A DNA stretch of 63,847 nt, filler included, from Choristocarpus tenellus KU-1152 (GCA_964200185.2; 10 parts of 10 records of this genome joined end to end with filler, not necessarily neighbours in it), one strand, 5' to 3'; positions 24,430-38,300 are shown, numbered from the whole stretch's first letter. Program-made: numbers and translations. The notes: generated by a model from the letters alone, not told the origin.

Positions 24430-25850
24430 CGGGGTCCAGACTCAAACACCCTGAAGAATAACAGCATGGTGGTGCGATGCCTGGAGGCAAGAGGGCGCAA
24501 GACTTGAATGCCTTGGGGGATAGCAGTGGGCATTGCTGAGGACTTCGGAATTTCCCGAATCACCGTGTTCCATCATCTAAAGGAGTATGACAGCCAGATC
24601 ACATGGGTTGAACGCATGTACCTTGTATGACATTGCAAGGGGTGATGTGATTGGCATACAAATATCGTTACTCAACATTTGGGATGTCCCATTGGTACAC
24701 TCCACATCCTTCTGCAAATGGGCTGCCAGAGCTGAGGTCTCCCTTGCCTCATTGTGGGATCTGTGCAAGCCTGAGAAGGTGAAGAAGGTCAAACGGGGAA
24801 TTAAGTCAGTCCTCTCAGACCAGCAGAAAGTCAGCAGGGTGGGTTTCATCATCAACCACACGCACAGGAGGGGGGGATGTGTGGTATTAGTGGATGATGT
24901 GTATGACTGGGTGCATGTGGACGAGAAAAATACATCCTCAAAGATGGGCAAGTTGTGTACCTGTACCCTACTGAGGACCCCCCAACCCCCAACAGGCACT
25001 GAAGCGTTATATTACAAAGTTGGTGTTAATTGCAACCGTGGCCCGCCCTAGGAAGCTCTCCAATGTGGTATTCCTTGGAGGATAATTGGGATCTGACCAA
25101 ACACTAAGGTCACTCAACACTCCAGCAAACACCACCCCAAGGGCACCAAGGTGCGTGTGCCAGTGATGGTGGACGGGGAGAGGTATGAGAAGATCATGGC
25201 CAAGGGTATCATCCTGGCTGTCACGGCCTACACGCCTAAGCCAGAAGGACATACGACTCAAAGTATCTGGGGGGGGTGGCGGCTGTCCATTTGGGGGCAA
25301 TTTTTTCATATCGTGATTTTTGGGTGATTTGGTTGCATACTTCACATGGATGATGTAAATGCACTTTTCCTGATTTTGCACCAAATGGACACCCTCGTGT
25401 AGACCCGCTTGCCCCCCCAGATGCTTCGGGTCTACCATCTTCGTGCAGCAGGACAGGGCAATGCCTCACGCCAAGGGGGGGATCATGGAGGTCATAGAGA
25501 CCCAGCCAGCCAACTCACCTGACCTCAACATCAACAGCCTGGGATTCTTTCATTCCATCCAGCAACTGGAGGAAGACGTGGGGGTGACCAACGCAAAGGA
25601 TCTGGTGGAGGCCATAATGGAGGCGTTTGATGTGTACCCCTAGGAGACACTAGAACGCTTCTGACAGAGCCTCTTGGCAGTCTAGGGTGAAGTGCTGGGG
25701 TTCAAGGTTTGATAACTTCTTCAAAATTCTCCATCTTAGCAAGGAAAAGGCCAAGAAGGCGGGCAACTCTCCCCCAAATGCCCCTGTGGATATGGCAAAA
25801 TACCGTGCTGGGATGGAGTGTTGGAGGACTTTGGGGGTGGAATCATAGAT
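24430..25850 (+). pseudogene. DD39D-type (plant/oomycete-like) Tc1/mariner transposase pseudogene, interrupted by a MITE
   Basis: Motifs in order: IKSVLSDQQKVSRVGF, YDWVHVDEK, KRYITKLVLIATVARPR, IFVQQDRAMPH, QPANSPDLNINSLGFFHSIQ. It carries frameshifts and stops, the third Asp is lost and the D2-D3 spacing is shortened. Confidence 0.9.
25255..25432 (-). mobile_element. MITE family A inserted in the mariner transposase, TSD TAC
   Basis: GACTCAAAGTATCTGGGG...CCCCAGATGCTTCGGGTC flanked by TAC (25252-25254 and 25433-25435). Removing it restores GGA CAT ACC ATC TTC (GHTIF). Confidence 0.92.
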
Positions 25851-26411
25851 AGGTGTAGGCTGCCTTATTTTGTTTGAAATTTTGGTGGGCAACCTTTTAA
25901 TGTCTGCATATTACACCCATAAAGTATCAACATGTGAAAAAATCTTGGTTCTTTATTGGGGCTGTAAAAGTTCTGTTATATTTAGTTCCAAACGGAGGAA
26001 GCATGATGTAATTGCTAAGGTGGTGCCAGTAGCTTCGCCCTCTGTGGCAATCTTGCTTTTTTTCACCGGAACGCCACAAGAATAAAACAACAATATAATA
26101 TATCAAATGAATGCTTATTACAAGAGCTTTGAAGGTTTGTATCCATACTTCGGGGAACGGGAGCTAGGTTCTGATCAAGTAATGCCAAAAATATGGGGGA
26201 CAACTCAAACGCAATTTTGAAGGTCACGACTTCAAAACGGACAAAAATGAAGTAGTTGCCTGAACTCCCCGCAAAGAGCTGATGCGAATAAGGTTACTGA
26301 CCAAGTTTGACCCGTGTGGCGATGCCGAAAACCCTCCCAAGATATCCAGATATCTTTTTATCATCTTTTTTAGGCATTCTGTGAGCACACACACACATGA
26401 CCCACACAGCA

Positions 26412-27690
26412 ACATGGACCTCGACAGTGAGACAAGGAGAGCTGCAGAGGCCGCTCTGCCCCCTGGATTTACCCTCGGCACCTTCTCTATCGAGAGGCGG
26501 CAGAAAAGCTAGTACCGTGTGAAACTCAGTGCGATGTTTGGTGATGAGAAAGTGCGAGTAGTGTGGTGCAACAGCATGATCAAATCACGCAAGGGATCTC
26601 GCAGCCGCGACACTGACGCTGAGAGAAGATGCATGGAAAGCATTACCACACAAACGTGGTTAGATCTTCAACACTGTCGGAGCACTGTTCTGCAGTCTTT
26701 GGCCTCGGGGAAGCAGGAAGAGGGCGTCAAGTCCATCACCAGGTGGTACAGTGACGAAGTCTGTGGGGAAGCCTGGTCACGGCGGGCGAGGGAGAACCAG
26801 AGTGTCCAGCAGAAGGGAAGGTTGGGGAAGAGAGCAGTGCGACTGCGTGCCATTGTGCTCGGGAAACGCCTCAGCAAAAATCCGGGTGTACAATATCTTA
26901 GTAGTCGACAGTTGCAGCAGGCCCTGCTGGCTGTTTGGAAGCTATACAAACCTAAGTAGCTTAAGGAAACGAGAAAGAAGGTGCTAGGGTTGGGGTACAA
27001 GGCTCTGGAGCCCGAAAGGTCGAAAGGGCTTGAAACGCGGAGAAAAAGCGATCATAATAAAGGCAGCCGAGGAAACTTTTCGACACCACCAAATCCTTTA
27101 CTTAGAAGAGGTCGTGAAGCAGGTGGAGGTAGCCAGCGACAAGGACGCCAGGGAATAAGAGGAGGTGAGATTGAGACTATTTGCACACCGATGGTTTGGT
27201 GTCTCCCACTTTTTGCAAGATGTCGTACATTCATTTTTTTTCCTGGACTTGGGGTTGGATGTATGAAGTTGATTAAGGCTTTTCCCCCGCCTGCATTCAT
27301 TCGAGAAATCAACACAATTTTCGATCAACTCAAGCCTGTCCTCCCTCGCCCTTGCACCTTGATAAAATATCACCTGCCCAGGAAACACGGACGACGCCCA
27401 TTTCAGGCGCTCAACGAGGAAATGCGATTGTAAGGGCTCTTACACTGCGAATCATGTACCTGTGTATGAACGACAGGAAAGACCGTCAAACAGCGCTCGA
27501 CATGGCAGCAGGATATGCGGCCAGGTCGGAAACTGTGAGTTAATGGGGGGGAGAGACTCCCTAACCAAGGACCACATCAAGGTGTCGGAGCAAGGGCACT
27601 ATGAGAGGTGTTTCGTTCTGGGCGTCGACGAGGACATCCTTCCAGAGGTCCAGGAGTGGGTGCACGAACACACAGAAAGAAAGGGTAGGG
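26412..27690 (+). pseudogene. Decayed transposase-like ORF (N-terminal DNA-binding region)
   Basis: A long basic reading frame broken by single stops (26510-26512, 26957-26959) and frameshifts. It ends in SEQGHYERCFVLGVDEDILPEVQEWVHEHTERKG, which from memory resembles the pre-HTH segment of Tc1/IS630-related transposases. No catalytic domain is visible. Confidence 0.4.
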
Positions 27691-28403
27691 AGGCTTTTTC
27701 CCGTCTAAACCCTATACTTTAATCAAGTGATAGTGCATCTGTTGCCACTCTTGGTGCCTTGTCACAGGCATCACGAATATGCTTTTAGGTTTTTAATCGG
27801 ATGTCTACATCAAAAGTTATGACAGGACAACCCCAGCGGGCGAAGCTACTGGTACATCTATACTGTTTTTGTAATTCGAATTTCCTTGCTCGATGCGCCC
27901 TTGACCCTAACCCTAACCTTGGGAGGTAGAAGTCGCGAGGAAATCTCGTATGCAGGTGACACAGCATGCACTATTCAAGTTTTTAAAAATCGAATTCGTT
28001 TTTCTTATTTCTTTATTTGATAGAACTTTTTTTGTGATAAATAGTATTGTGGTATAGGATGTGCCTACATCCACCATACAACAACAATACAGCCGACTTA
28101 CTTAGCTGTATATGCACGACACCTTCTTGATAATATGCTGATGTTTTGTCTGGGGAGGAGGGGGTTGAGGGAGGGCAAATACTCGGTCTGCAGAGCTGGC
28201 ATGCTGTAACGCATCCCCCACTCAGCTGAAGTTTTTGCAATTAGCTTCGATATCGACCGTATCTGCCCCCAATCATATTGTTGGAAGGGACTCAACCAGT
28301 TGCTCAGGTTGGAAGTACTGGATTTTCCCTACCTGCCTCAATCAACTTTATGTGTAGGCGTAGAGGAGTCGTACAATCTGTGGTTGGACTAACAATAATC
28401 ATC

Positions 28404-28464
28404 AGCAATTGACTGGAAATCAGTTGTGATTACCGCGCGTGGGTTCGAATCCTGCCATCGTTGC
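28404..28464 (+). pseudogene. tRNA-Ser-like 3' portion (pseudogene or SINE head), anticodon position reads GGA
   Basis: Anticodon arm ATTGA-CTGGAAA-TCAGT, long variable region, T-arm GTGGG-TTCGAAT-CCTGC (B box) and a 3' acceptor strand. No matching 5' acceptor strand or D-arm upstream. Confidence 0.6.
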
Positions 28465-29199
28465 AACTGTGAAACAGATGGGAACAAGCTGACATGTTCT
28501 TCGTACTGAAGGGGAGGGGAAAGATACCCAGGAGGCAAGGAAAAGGAGAGAGACAAGATAAGAGGGAGAGCAATCCCTCAGGAGATCACTCAGGAAAAGA
28601 GTGAACAAGTAGTGGTAAAGTGAATGAGAGGGGTTTGTAAGGTCCCCTCGAACCGCCTGCTATTTACTTCAAGCAGATGTTACTTTCAACATACAAAAAC
28701 AAATTTCGTATGAGTATCAGATTCTTCAAGATAGGTTACCTTCAAGGTATACCTTCTTCAGAAGATGGATATCACAAACACCAAATAATTGTACTGTTCA
28801 CATTTTATTATTATGCCCTCTGACATTTTGCAGAAAGATATGTCAGGGGGGAAACAAATGAAAACTATACCTATGTCAGTAAAAGCCCTAAAGAAATAAC
28901 ATCATAAATGTGAAAAACACTAAAACACTATACATGTGAAAAACACTAACCTATTTACTTAACCACTATCAATATTGTACTACTACTGTCTTCCTGTGCT
29001 TCCAATCTATCTACTCCTGCACCCCGGGGGGAGGAGCTAGGGAGGCATCCCAAGAATCCAATTAGCCCCTCCGTGCCTATCTCCCTGGTGACTATAGCTT
29101 AAAACGCATGACACGTCTAGACAGTGCCACTTGCGTAGTCACCGAGACAATTTGGCGTACCTGGGATGTGACTACTCCTTTTCTGCTAAATCTCCCATA

Positions 29200-29265
29200 T
29201 TGTGGAAAGCATCTTTGTCTGTTGTTATACCATTATTGCCGTATGCCATATACCGTTACACTGTT
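29200..29265 (+). repeat. Dispersed repeat family D (second copy 43126-43191, at a contig end)
   Basis: TGTGGAAAGCAT(C/G)TTTGTCTGTT..TTATACC.TTATTGC.GTATGCCATATACCGTTA occurs in both places. Confidence 0.8.
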
Positions 29266-32200
29266 GTAACGATTGAGGTTCCTTGTCAAGCATCCATGAT
29301 TCCACTGGCGGACCTTCCGTCAGAATGAAACCGTGGAATCTCTTCACGAGACCAATCCCATAGACTTGGGACAGCTTGTCATTCAGCATTGTCACACACG
29401 AAAAATTCACTTTGTTCTCACGTCCTGACTTGTGGTGATGAAGCCCCATCTCTGAAGATGCTCATCACTCCTCGATTTTCACCTTGTCCAACCTTAACCT
29501 TGTACCCTTGGTTACGGTTCGTATTTGTTCGTGTGGTCCGTCTTGCCCGTTGATTCTCTTCGCCACCCTTACCTGAGTGAACCATGCCGCCACAGAATCA
29601 CACGATTCACATTGGCGACACCGGTATTAGGGTGACGGGGTTTTTTTGGTTGACCGCTGACTGAAGATGCTGAACGCAAGATCAAGAAGAAAGCGTCGTG
29701 AACAAGAGCGCCTGACCCAACAATTGGAGGAAACAAGATATTCAGAGGAACAGGTTCATGAGCACGAGTCAGTTGAGGACATGGAATCCTCAACATATTA
29801 TTTTACAAATACCACAAAAAGTAGTAGTAGAGTGTTTGAGCAAAATGAAATTCACTATCGGAGAGTTATCTGTCACCCCATTTTTTCATTCTTAGTGCTT
29901 TTTCATTACCAAATCTAATGAAATTTCTCATTTCTAGTTGGAAACTACAGTTAAAAGCATTATGGCCTCGGTAAGACGCTCAGGGCAACACTCAAAGGTT
30001 TGATGACCGCATAGAGGGATGATCCAATCCAAGCGACCAATTCGCATTTGTTTTAGCCAACCAAAATGCCACAAAAAGTTGCATTGTACAAGGACAAGAC
30101 TCACAATGGTTTGGGTACCATGGGAGATGTGCGTTATGTTTGCTAGTATGTCACACCCTTTCGCTGTCTCAACCAAAACCCCGATCGTTAGGCAGGAACT
30201 AGGACTACCTCGCCAGAACAGGACGTCCATGCATGATGAGGTACCAAGCCAAACTTCACTGCCACACCAAGAAGAGGTTGTCAACAATATACTGGCAACC
30301 CTTGCACCAGTGCTTCAACCTGTTTTAACCCAGAACTCCTCGCCCGCTGTCTGTGTTACCGTAAACAAACAACCTGCTTCGGTTCCTGCGAAATACGGAC
30401 CTCGTTCATTCCAAAAAGCAATGCATCAAAACCTGTTCGTCCAGTCACATCCGTTCTCCAGCCTGTGTTTTGATCCCCACTTGCTTTAGTCACAGACAGG
30501 GCGAGCGATAGAAGTCGACACCATTCAGACAAAGACCTACCTCCATCACTCAATCCACCGAGGAACGTCCAGGTAAGGGTTAAAATAGACGGAAGCTAAC
30601 ACGGGTTACGTCAGACTGCTCTTTCGTCACGGGGCGCCCACTAACCGTGCCGAAGATGGTTTGAATTTGCCCGTCACCTTCGGGTGGCGTTTCTTGTTTT
30701 TTACTTTCTTTTTGATAATTTCATTTTGCGCAATCTGTTTTTCGTAGTGGATTTTCTTATCGCCGTTATACAAATTTGGATGATGTGTATTTTATTTAGC
30801 AAAAACATGCTAGTCGTAATAGTAGTAGTAACGGTAAAACAAAAAATGCAAACATTGAGGAGACACACTGGAAAATCGTGTACCAAATGAATGCATCCTA
30901 TCCACTAATATGACATTGCAACATTTTTGGCTTATTAATTGTTGTGGTTAACAAGAAAACATATGTCGTGTCTCAAACCATCTCAATTTCGTTGTGCATG
31001 CTCTACGACGGTTTTGGGATAGCCATATCGTCGTTCTGAGAGCTTATCTGCCCTACCAATACACACTCCCCCCACAAGCCCAGACATTCCCCCCTGTTAA
31101 CCACCCACTAAGGGTCGAAGCAGCCGAGAGGGGTGTGTGTTTTGGGTGTTATTGAGTTTTAGGTGTTCAGGTTTTCAATTCTGTTTTGAATGAAGACATT
31201 GAAGACATTAGGGAAAGGAGTGTTGATAAGGATACATTGCTTCTACAAAACTGCAAAACAAAGTACACACCATACCTGTCAACTCTAAGCCCCCAAAACA
31301 AGTTCACCAGAAATGTCAGGAAGGCTCTTAAAAACTCTTTGGTGACTCTTATCTCGACTCCCTTTAACTCAACACAGTAGTTCTACTACATAGGGACAGT
31401 GCTTGCGGAGCGCAGAACAGTTGGTAAGGCGTGATGTAGCTCTATTGTATGGAGTGACCCCACAGCCAGGTCAGTAAATCACGACAATTGGAAGAAGGGG
31501 ATGGTCAATGATGATCGGCGGGATGAATTAGCTCAATAGGTGAGAAGAAAGGTATGCGTGGAGGGGGTGCAGGTGTTATAGCTGTGAAAAAAACTGTGCG
31601 GTCCGATGGTCCAGGTGCAGGACTTTTGTAAGGCAAGGCAAGGCTAAAGTGAGATAACATTGATAGCAGTAGTAGTAAAGTAAAAGTATCTAAGCGGCTG
31701 TCGTATGCTTCCAACACGTGGGTTCCAGTAGATGCTCTCGCCAAAAAGGTGGGACTTCACAGCTTGCAGTGGATTGGGTGCATCCACATCACACACTCAC
31801 ACTCACACAAAAGGGCAATGTGCATTGGAGTGTTTGCGGTGTACGTGTGCACGGGTGTTTCACAATTCAGTTGCAGAATGTTATACTAGTAGTATCCACA
31901 TAAATATGCTATATATGTACCTTTCGTATGATTGTACTAAGCAGAAACAAAAAATATTATAAAAGTTTAATTTGATTTAAACTTCCCTTTTTTTTTCACG
32001 CAGTTGAACGTGCTTCCCACATTGAGCAAGGCATCAATTACATTACATCTTGTTCTAATATCACACTGCATTGAGTGAGTTGAAGCTACACATAGAAAAA
32101 AACCCAGTAACTGCATTTAAAAAAAAGGAATGTCAAACCCTACCCACAGGCTGCACCCAGTCATTCCCCTCCATGGGTAACCTTTGTGAAATGCACAATG

Positions 32201-35152
32201 CGTAGCTGACCGCAAAGACCAAAAGTATAAAGCAATACTAATCCTTCAAGATTCATACAAAGAGCAAACCACAGCTGCTTGTTCTTGCCTACATACCAGC
32301 CACCAACAGAACAAAGGCTCAACACCTACATCCCCAAAGACAACGGTAGAGGATAGCCTTAAGCTTATACTGTCAACACTATATCTTACACAATTTTAAT
32401 TTATTTCTTTAGGGCTAATAACGACATTGGTTTCCCTCCTGATACATCTGCAAAATGTCAGAGGGCATAATAAAATAATATCTTACACCAGTATACAGTC
32501 ATACCGAGTCCCTCCTATCTAGTCAGCAGCAACATCCGATTTCTCAGCAAAATCAACAGGTCAGCGCAAAGTGGAAGTCTGTTTTATGCCATGCTCTCCC
32601 CATTCCCAAATAAAAATAGTTCATTTCACTTGGAAGAAAAAGAGGATTAGCAGAGGGGGTTGCAAATCTCTCTCCTCCATGTTTTGGCTTTCTCGAACCA
32701 TTGTGTCCAATCTGATGGTTCATAATTGCCTGGCTGTGATGGGCTTCAGGATGCAGTATCATGGCAGAGGGGGACCAAGGTATGCTGCAGTAAAGATGCC
32801 ATGCACACACCAAAAAGAGTTACAAAAAATACGAAGTACAGTTCACTCATCAAATTTGGATAACATGTGAGTGTTGCCCATATGTACCTTCCAGTACTTG
32901 ATACCACTTCAAAGTTGATTACAATAATACCAACAAAATACATACCATAATCATTGCAATGAAATATGAAGGTCGCATCAAAGGCTACAAGGAAGCAACA
33001 ACTATATCATCACAGGCAAAGAGGTATGCTGCAAATAAGCTTACGTAACTCTTTTGGAAGGGGCTGAGATATATGGAAACAATAAAAAATATTGTCAATA
33101 AAATATGAAAACAAATTTAAACATAACACATTCAAAGTTGGAATCCTCTTGTGCTACTTCTACTGCAATGCTATCTTTCCTTCTGCTAAGAAGTGGAAAG
33201 TTTTAAAGACAATATTGTAGGACACACGCTGGGTTAAGGTTTAGTTAGAAATATAGGAAAAAAGTTACATACAAAATTTCTACAAATCCAAAGATAGATT
33301 ACTGTCCAGGTCAACATTGCACACACAACAGGAATATTAATATTTCTGTATATCATGTATGTTGAGAGTAAGTTTTCAGTCCTAAGGGTCGATAAAAACA
33401 CCAGTGTGATAAAATAAGGCTTCCTTTACCAAACTCCAGAAGCATCATAACATAAAAACCTGGAGCATTGTGGTTGTGAAGACGGAAACATTTTTCGCGA
33501 CTTTCACAACAGAGGATCCAGCAAGCACTCTCGGTTGATGTAGATCGATAGATCTGAAATCTCAGAGCTGTTCACAGGATATGTCAATTCTGTTCTTCTT
33601 GCAATAACAAGTCTTCCAAGGATCTTGAGATATCTCCAATGACTGTTGGTGCTCTGTGTGTGTGTCACCTATCACAAAGAAATGTGAGCCCGGAAAATAT
33701 TCGAACTGAGATCGATTCCCAACGGGACCTGTCTGTCACATCGCCCCTCCCTCTCCCAGTGTGGTCTCTGTCTGCACACGAGAAAAGAAAAGCCCGACCA
33801 GCACATCATGGTCCTGTGGGAGAAAAACAACTGAACCATCTGGGTATTCCAAGAATGTCCACGTAGCCCATTTTAGGGAGGTACTTGGAAGGTTATCCTC
33901 TACAGGGTCAGAACCCCAAAACTATTCATGGTGGGAAAACACAATGTTAAAAAAGACCCGAATCATCTGGGTGTCCCATGATTATTCCTCTGGCCAAGCT
34001 GAAGGAGTCCGTTGAAAGGTTGTCCTTTACAGGATTGGAACTCCAAATTTATGTACATTATAGAAAAACACACTATTGTACCTTCAATAACACAGGGGTT
34101 ATGAAGATAACACCCCAAGGATTTCGGTAACAAAGAGAGATACTTGGGTCATCGTGGTGATCAAATCACGATGCCTTTACCTAATGAAATAGTGAGTGGG
34201 TCACCATTATCCCCTACTCATGGTTGTGGGTTGTCCTAGGCCACAACAGATGCCTCAAGAGGAAATACACTGAGGTGCAGGGTTTGAAGAAATTGGATCT
34301 GGAGTGATAAGGTTCAGTTGTCTTCCAATTCCATTCTTTTGGACGTTTGGGTAACAGAAATCATTTACCCGCCTACAAGGAACACAATCTCCTCCCACTG
34401 GGTGAACTCAAAACAAGAGATATTCTATTACTCAAGGTTGTAAACCAAAGACAGGGTCGAGGGATCTAAACAATTCCAGCTTAAGACTAAAGGATTCAAA
34501 CCTATAAATGATCATCCTGAGCATTCATACCAAATATTCTTCTTGAAGGTATGGTGAAATAGAATACGGAGGAGAAAAAGAGGTGCATGAGGACCTTCCA
34601 TTAGTGCTTGGCAAAAAAGTTCAAGCCCTGACCACCCCTTCATGTTTGGACCCATCAAATTATCCATTTGGGTGAGGTTTAATAATGTGTATACAACGTG
34701 AGGGGGCAAAAAGGTTAACAACCTAACGGAGAAGTCCTTGATGAGTTCGCCTTGAAAAAAGGTTCAAGCCTTAATCTCTACTTCTTTTACTAGAGTCTGA
34801 TGCTCTATCAGGCCGTTAGCCCACATTAAAAGCAATAGATGTAGTCACAGGGACATCACCTTTAGGGTTTGAGAAGCAAAGGCATGTTGAATGTTCTCGA
34901 CAACGGTGGCAGCAACTGATTGAGCCAGGTGTGTGTTTGTGAAGACTGTGATGATTCTTCGGCTATTGTGAGAGAGGGTGTTAGGCAGGATTGCCAAGAC
35001 TTTGAGGTCGATACACCCTTGGTCACAGGTATATTTTGAAGATTTTATTGTATTGGTATACCTTTGTCAGAAGAAGCATAAAGATTGTGCCATAATTTTT
35101 ATGCTGCAACCATCTCTGCACACTGAGAAATCTCTTTTCTTTCCACCAAGCA

Positions 35153-38100
35153 TCACTGCCTGGTGGAAAACCTCAAAATCAACCCGGTATGAATAGTAAT
35201 GGTTAAGTGGAGATTTGCGACCCACTCCGCATTATGGCCAGCAATGTCCTGAAAGAAGAATGACCCTAAAGTTGAGAGCCAACGTATCTTAGAGGGTAGA
35301 GCCACGTCCATTTGGGGGAAAAAATCAGATGTTGCGATTTTGATGTAATTTTGGCTATCGTGTTTGTTGGGAAGTGTCAATATCCTTGTTCCGGACACAC
35401 TTTTTCATAACGTATACATTTTACCTACTCCGAAACATTTTGGACTAGGAAAATGTCATAAAAACCCAAGGGAAGCCAAGTCCCAAATGGTCAAACAGGG
35501 CAAAACTCGTACCCTCTAAGATACTTTCAGTCTTGATTGAATGCTCAAACCTTGTTCAATATCTGGGTCAAGTATTATTCTGACCGAAAATAAAGAATTG
35601 AGAGAGTCTTTGCCTGGTTCAGGGGGGTGCCCTCTTTGTGGGGTTTTAGACATACTAGATGCACAGCTATTTTCGACAGTCAGCCTGCACCTTCACACAG
35701 AAGACTGCTGGAATTCTTCTCTCTTATAGTTCAAATGGGGCTCTCCACGTGGATAATATCTTGGGGTTAGGAGTGTCTGCTGAAGTATGGAGTTTGCGTA
35801 GTCCCACCTTGGCACCAACTTCTTCAATAGGAGTTGTATATTCATTGACCTTGGACTTGTTGCACTAAGTCACTTCACCATTATTCCATCTAGCAAGTTT
35901 ATGTGTCAATTGTAAATTATCCACTGTTTACTGTACTCTTGTGTAGTGAGAGGGATGGATTCTACCTCTCCCAAAATAATATCGAACGGTGATGTGGGAC
36001 ATCTCCCAAACATTAAAGACGAGGGTGTTTCTTGGCAGTAGTATTATATGCGGTGTACTGAGTCAGTTGCACAGTAGCAATAGGAATGATACGCAATCCA
36101 ACTGCTTAATATTTGAATACATAGCCAGCATGCCATACTTTGTCTTACGAATCCTTTCAGGAATGCTACTGCCTTGTGACCGATACGTTGTTAATTTATT
36201 TTGTGGCCTACACCAAACATGTACCTTTTTTTTTATTGTGCCAAATCAATTGCCACTCGCTGAAATAGGTGTATTTCTGGCATATGCTGTGGGGAGTTAG
36301 AAATAGTAGAAGGTCTTTTCGGCTTTGGCATGATTGACATATTTCACATCAATCTTGCACATCTTTGTGTAAAGTCGGTCACCAGTAACGGTCATAAATC
36401 CAGTCAAAAGTGTGCTTAAATGCAAGGTGTCCAGAGACTTGATCATGGAAGGCGTAGAGTATTGAACCTTGTACCTCAGTGGGTATCACAAAATGATCTC
36501 AGAATTTATCATTTTTTTTGGTGGCCATGTTGATAAGACTTACATCGTAAGAGATTGCCTTCCTATTCTTGTTTGGAAAAGTAGGACAGGGTGTAAGTCA
36601 CTTCATTTTTTGGTAAAGGGGCCTTTTCCGGTTTAACCAAATATTTGAAATAAGTCTCCATATTGAGCTTGTTGAGCTTTGAATAGTATTTCAGGGTCCA
36701 CTGTTGAGAAAACAGTAATGGTGCTAGTGAATCGTTCCATATCGTTTGTACTCTGGTAATTTCACCTAGTTAATCCACTAACTGACAGATCATAAGTAGG
36801 GCAAACCTTAGGTGTGGAGACATCTGACTCTGATTGCTCTATATTGCGACACAGTGGGACTGGCGGAAGTGGAGTTTCATCGAACATTAAACTCCTCCAA
36901 CTGCATTCAACATAATATATCCAGAATGTAGTGTAAATGTACTGGTTTATGTGGATTGTAGAGTCGAAACATTGTAAGACAAATGGCCACTGGGTCAACA
37001 TATTGGAAGAATCTTGCATTTATATAAGCAACTTAGTGCCAAATGATTAACTTACAACTGTAAAGTGCTTACCCCAAACATATGCACGTCAACGTGTTCA
37101 TTCAAGAATGAAGGCCAGATATCCTTTCTGAGTTGCTGAATATCGTCTTTGAGTTGGCTTGGGGGCTCAGTGGTAGGCTACAATTTGGAAACTATAGTCT
37201 CCATTTTTGTGTGCCAACAAGGCTCCCATGCCAATATCTCCAGCGTCCACCTGTATGAAAATTCCCTAGTAAAACCTGGGAAACTTAACACTGACGCCAT
37301 AATTAACAGATGTTTACACTCATCAAAAGAAATTCGCTGTGGTCGTCCCCATAATTGAGATAGAGTTTTTTCCCTTCTAGACCTTTTTGTACTTTTCCTT
37401 GCAAGTGACACCAGGGGTTCAGTTATTGTAGCCAAATGGGGAATGTATTTCCTAACAAAAATCATGGTAGTCAGAAAGGATCGTCACTCTTTCACAGAGT
37501 TGAACTTCAGAGCAGTAATGACTGGATTCGATCGGATGACACAGCAATACAATTGGGGTCGACATCATGTCCAAAATAACAAATTGACTTTGAGTCAAAT
37601 TGGACTTCAGATGGTTGAAAGTCACTCCATCTTGCTAAGACAACTACAATATACCGTCAATAAGATTAATGTGGTGGTTCCACGTTGGGGAGGCCAGTAC
37701 AATACCATCAAGATAAATCAGTAAGCCCATACTCAGTCCCAGAGTTGAAAGCGTTACCGACATGAAGTGTTGATATGTCCATGACACATTAGCAATGCCA
37801 AAGGGTAGGACTTTGAACTCGTTTTTTCCATCCAGTGTGAGAAAAAGCAATATTTTGGCATTCACAGGTGTTAGTAGCCAATAGTTGCCAGTATGGTAGC
37901 TAAACAGCGAGACATGACAGGTATTTTGCTCCCTGTAGTGTACCCAAAGAGTCTTACATTGATGGTAATGGCCATTCAAGGCAGACAAATACATTGGCAG
38001 AGCATAAGTACAGTAGAAACCAGCACTATCAAGGGCAAAGTTTTGGGACACATCAATGGTTCCAAAGCCCCATCTCCTGTGTAGAGTAATGGGGTCAGCA

Positions 38101-38300
38101 GGCACTACCCCATCAACCACAACGATTCACCGCCTAAGTCAAAAAATCGAATTAGTCCTCGAGGGAAGCATCAACAACCAGGTGATGTGGGAACTATTGA
38201 ACCTTTTCTGGACATTATACTATTAATTTCATCCTGCGCATTCATGCAAAGGGCAATTGTCAGTATTAAACATAGCATGAATATGCACACAGGTAATTTC
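35153..38300 (-). mobile_element. Decayed Ty3/Gypsy LTR retrotransposon pol (RT-RNaseH-integrase, possible chromodomain)
   Basis: RT: FLTLDGKNEFKVLPFGIAN...LIYLDGIVLASPTWNHH (37644-37900). RT-RNaseH connection: FVRKYIPHLATITEPL...SFDECKHLLIMASVLSFP (37250-37465). Integrase HHCC finger: FHDQVSGHLAFKHTFDWIYDRYW*PTLHKDV..CQSCQSRK (~36317-36490). This domain order is Gypsy-type. LTRs were not identified. Confidence 0.88.
35276..35532 (-). mobile_element. MITE family B (~257 bp), TSD TTGA
   Basis: TIRs GAGCCAACGTATCTTAGAGGGTA...TACCCTCTAAGATACTTTCAGTC, with TTGA on both flanks. Confidence 0.92.
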
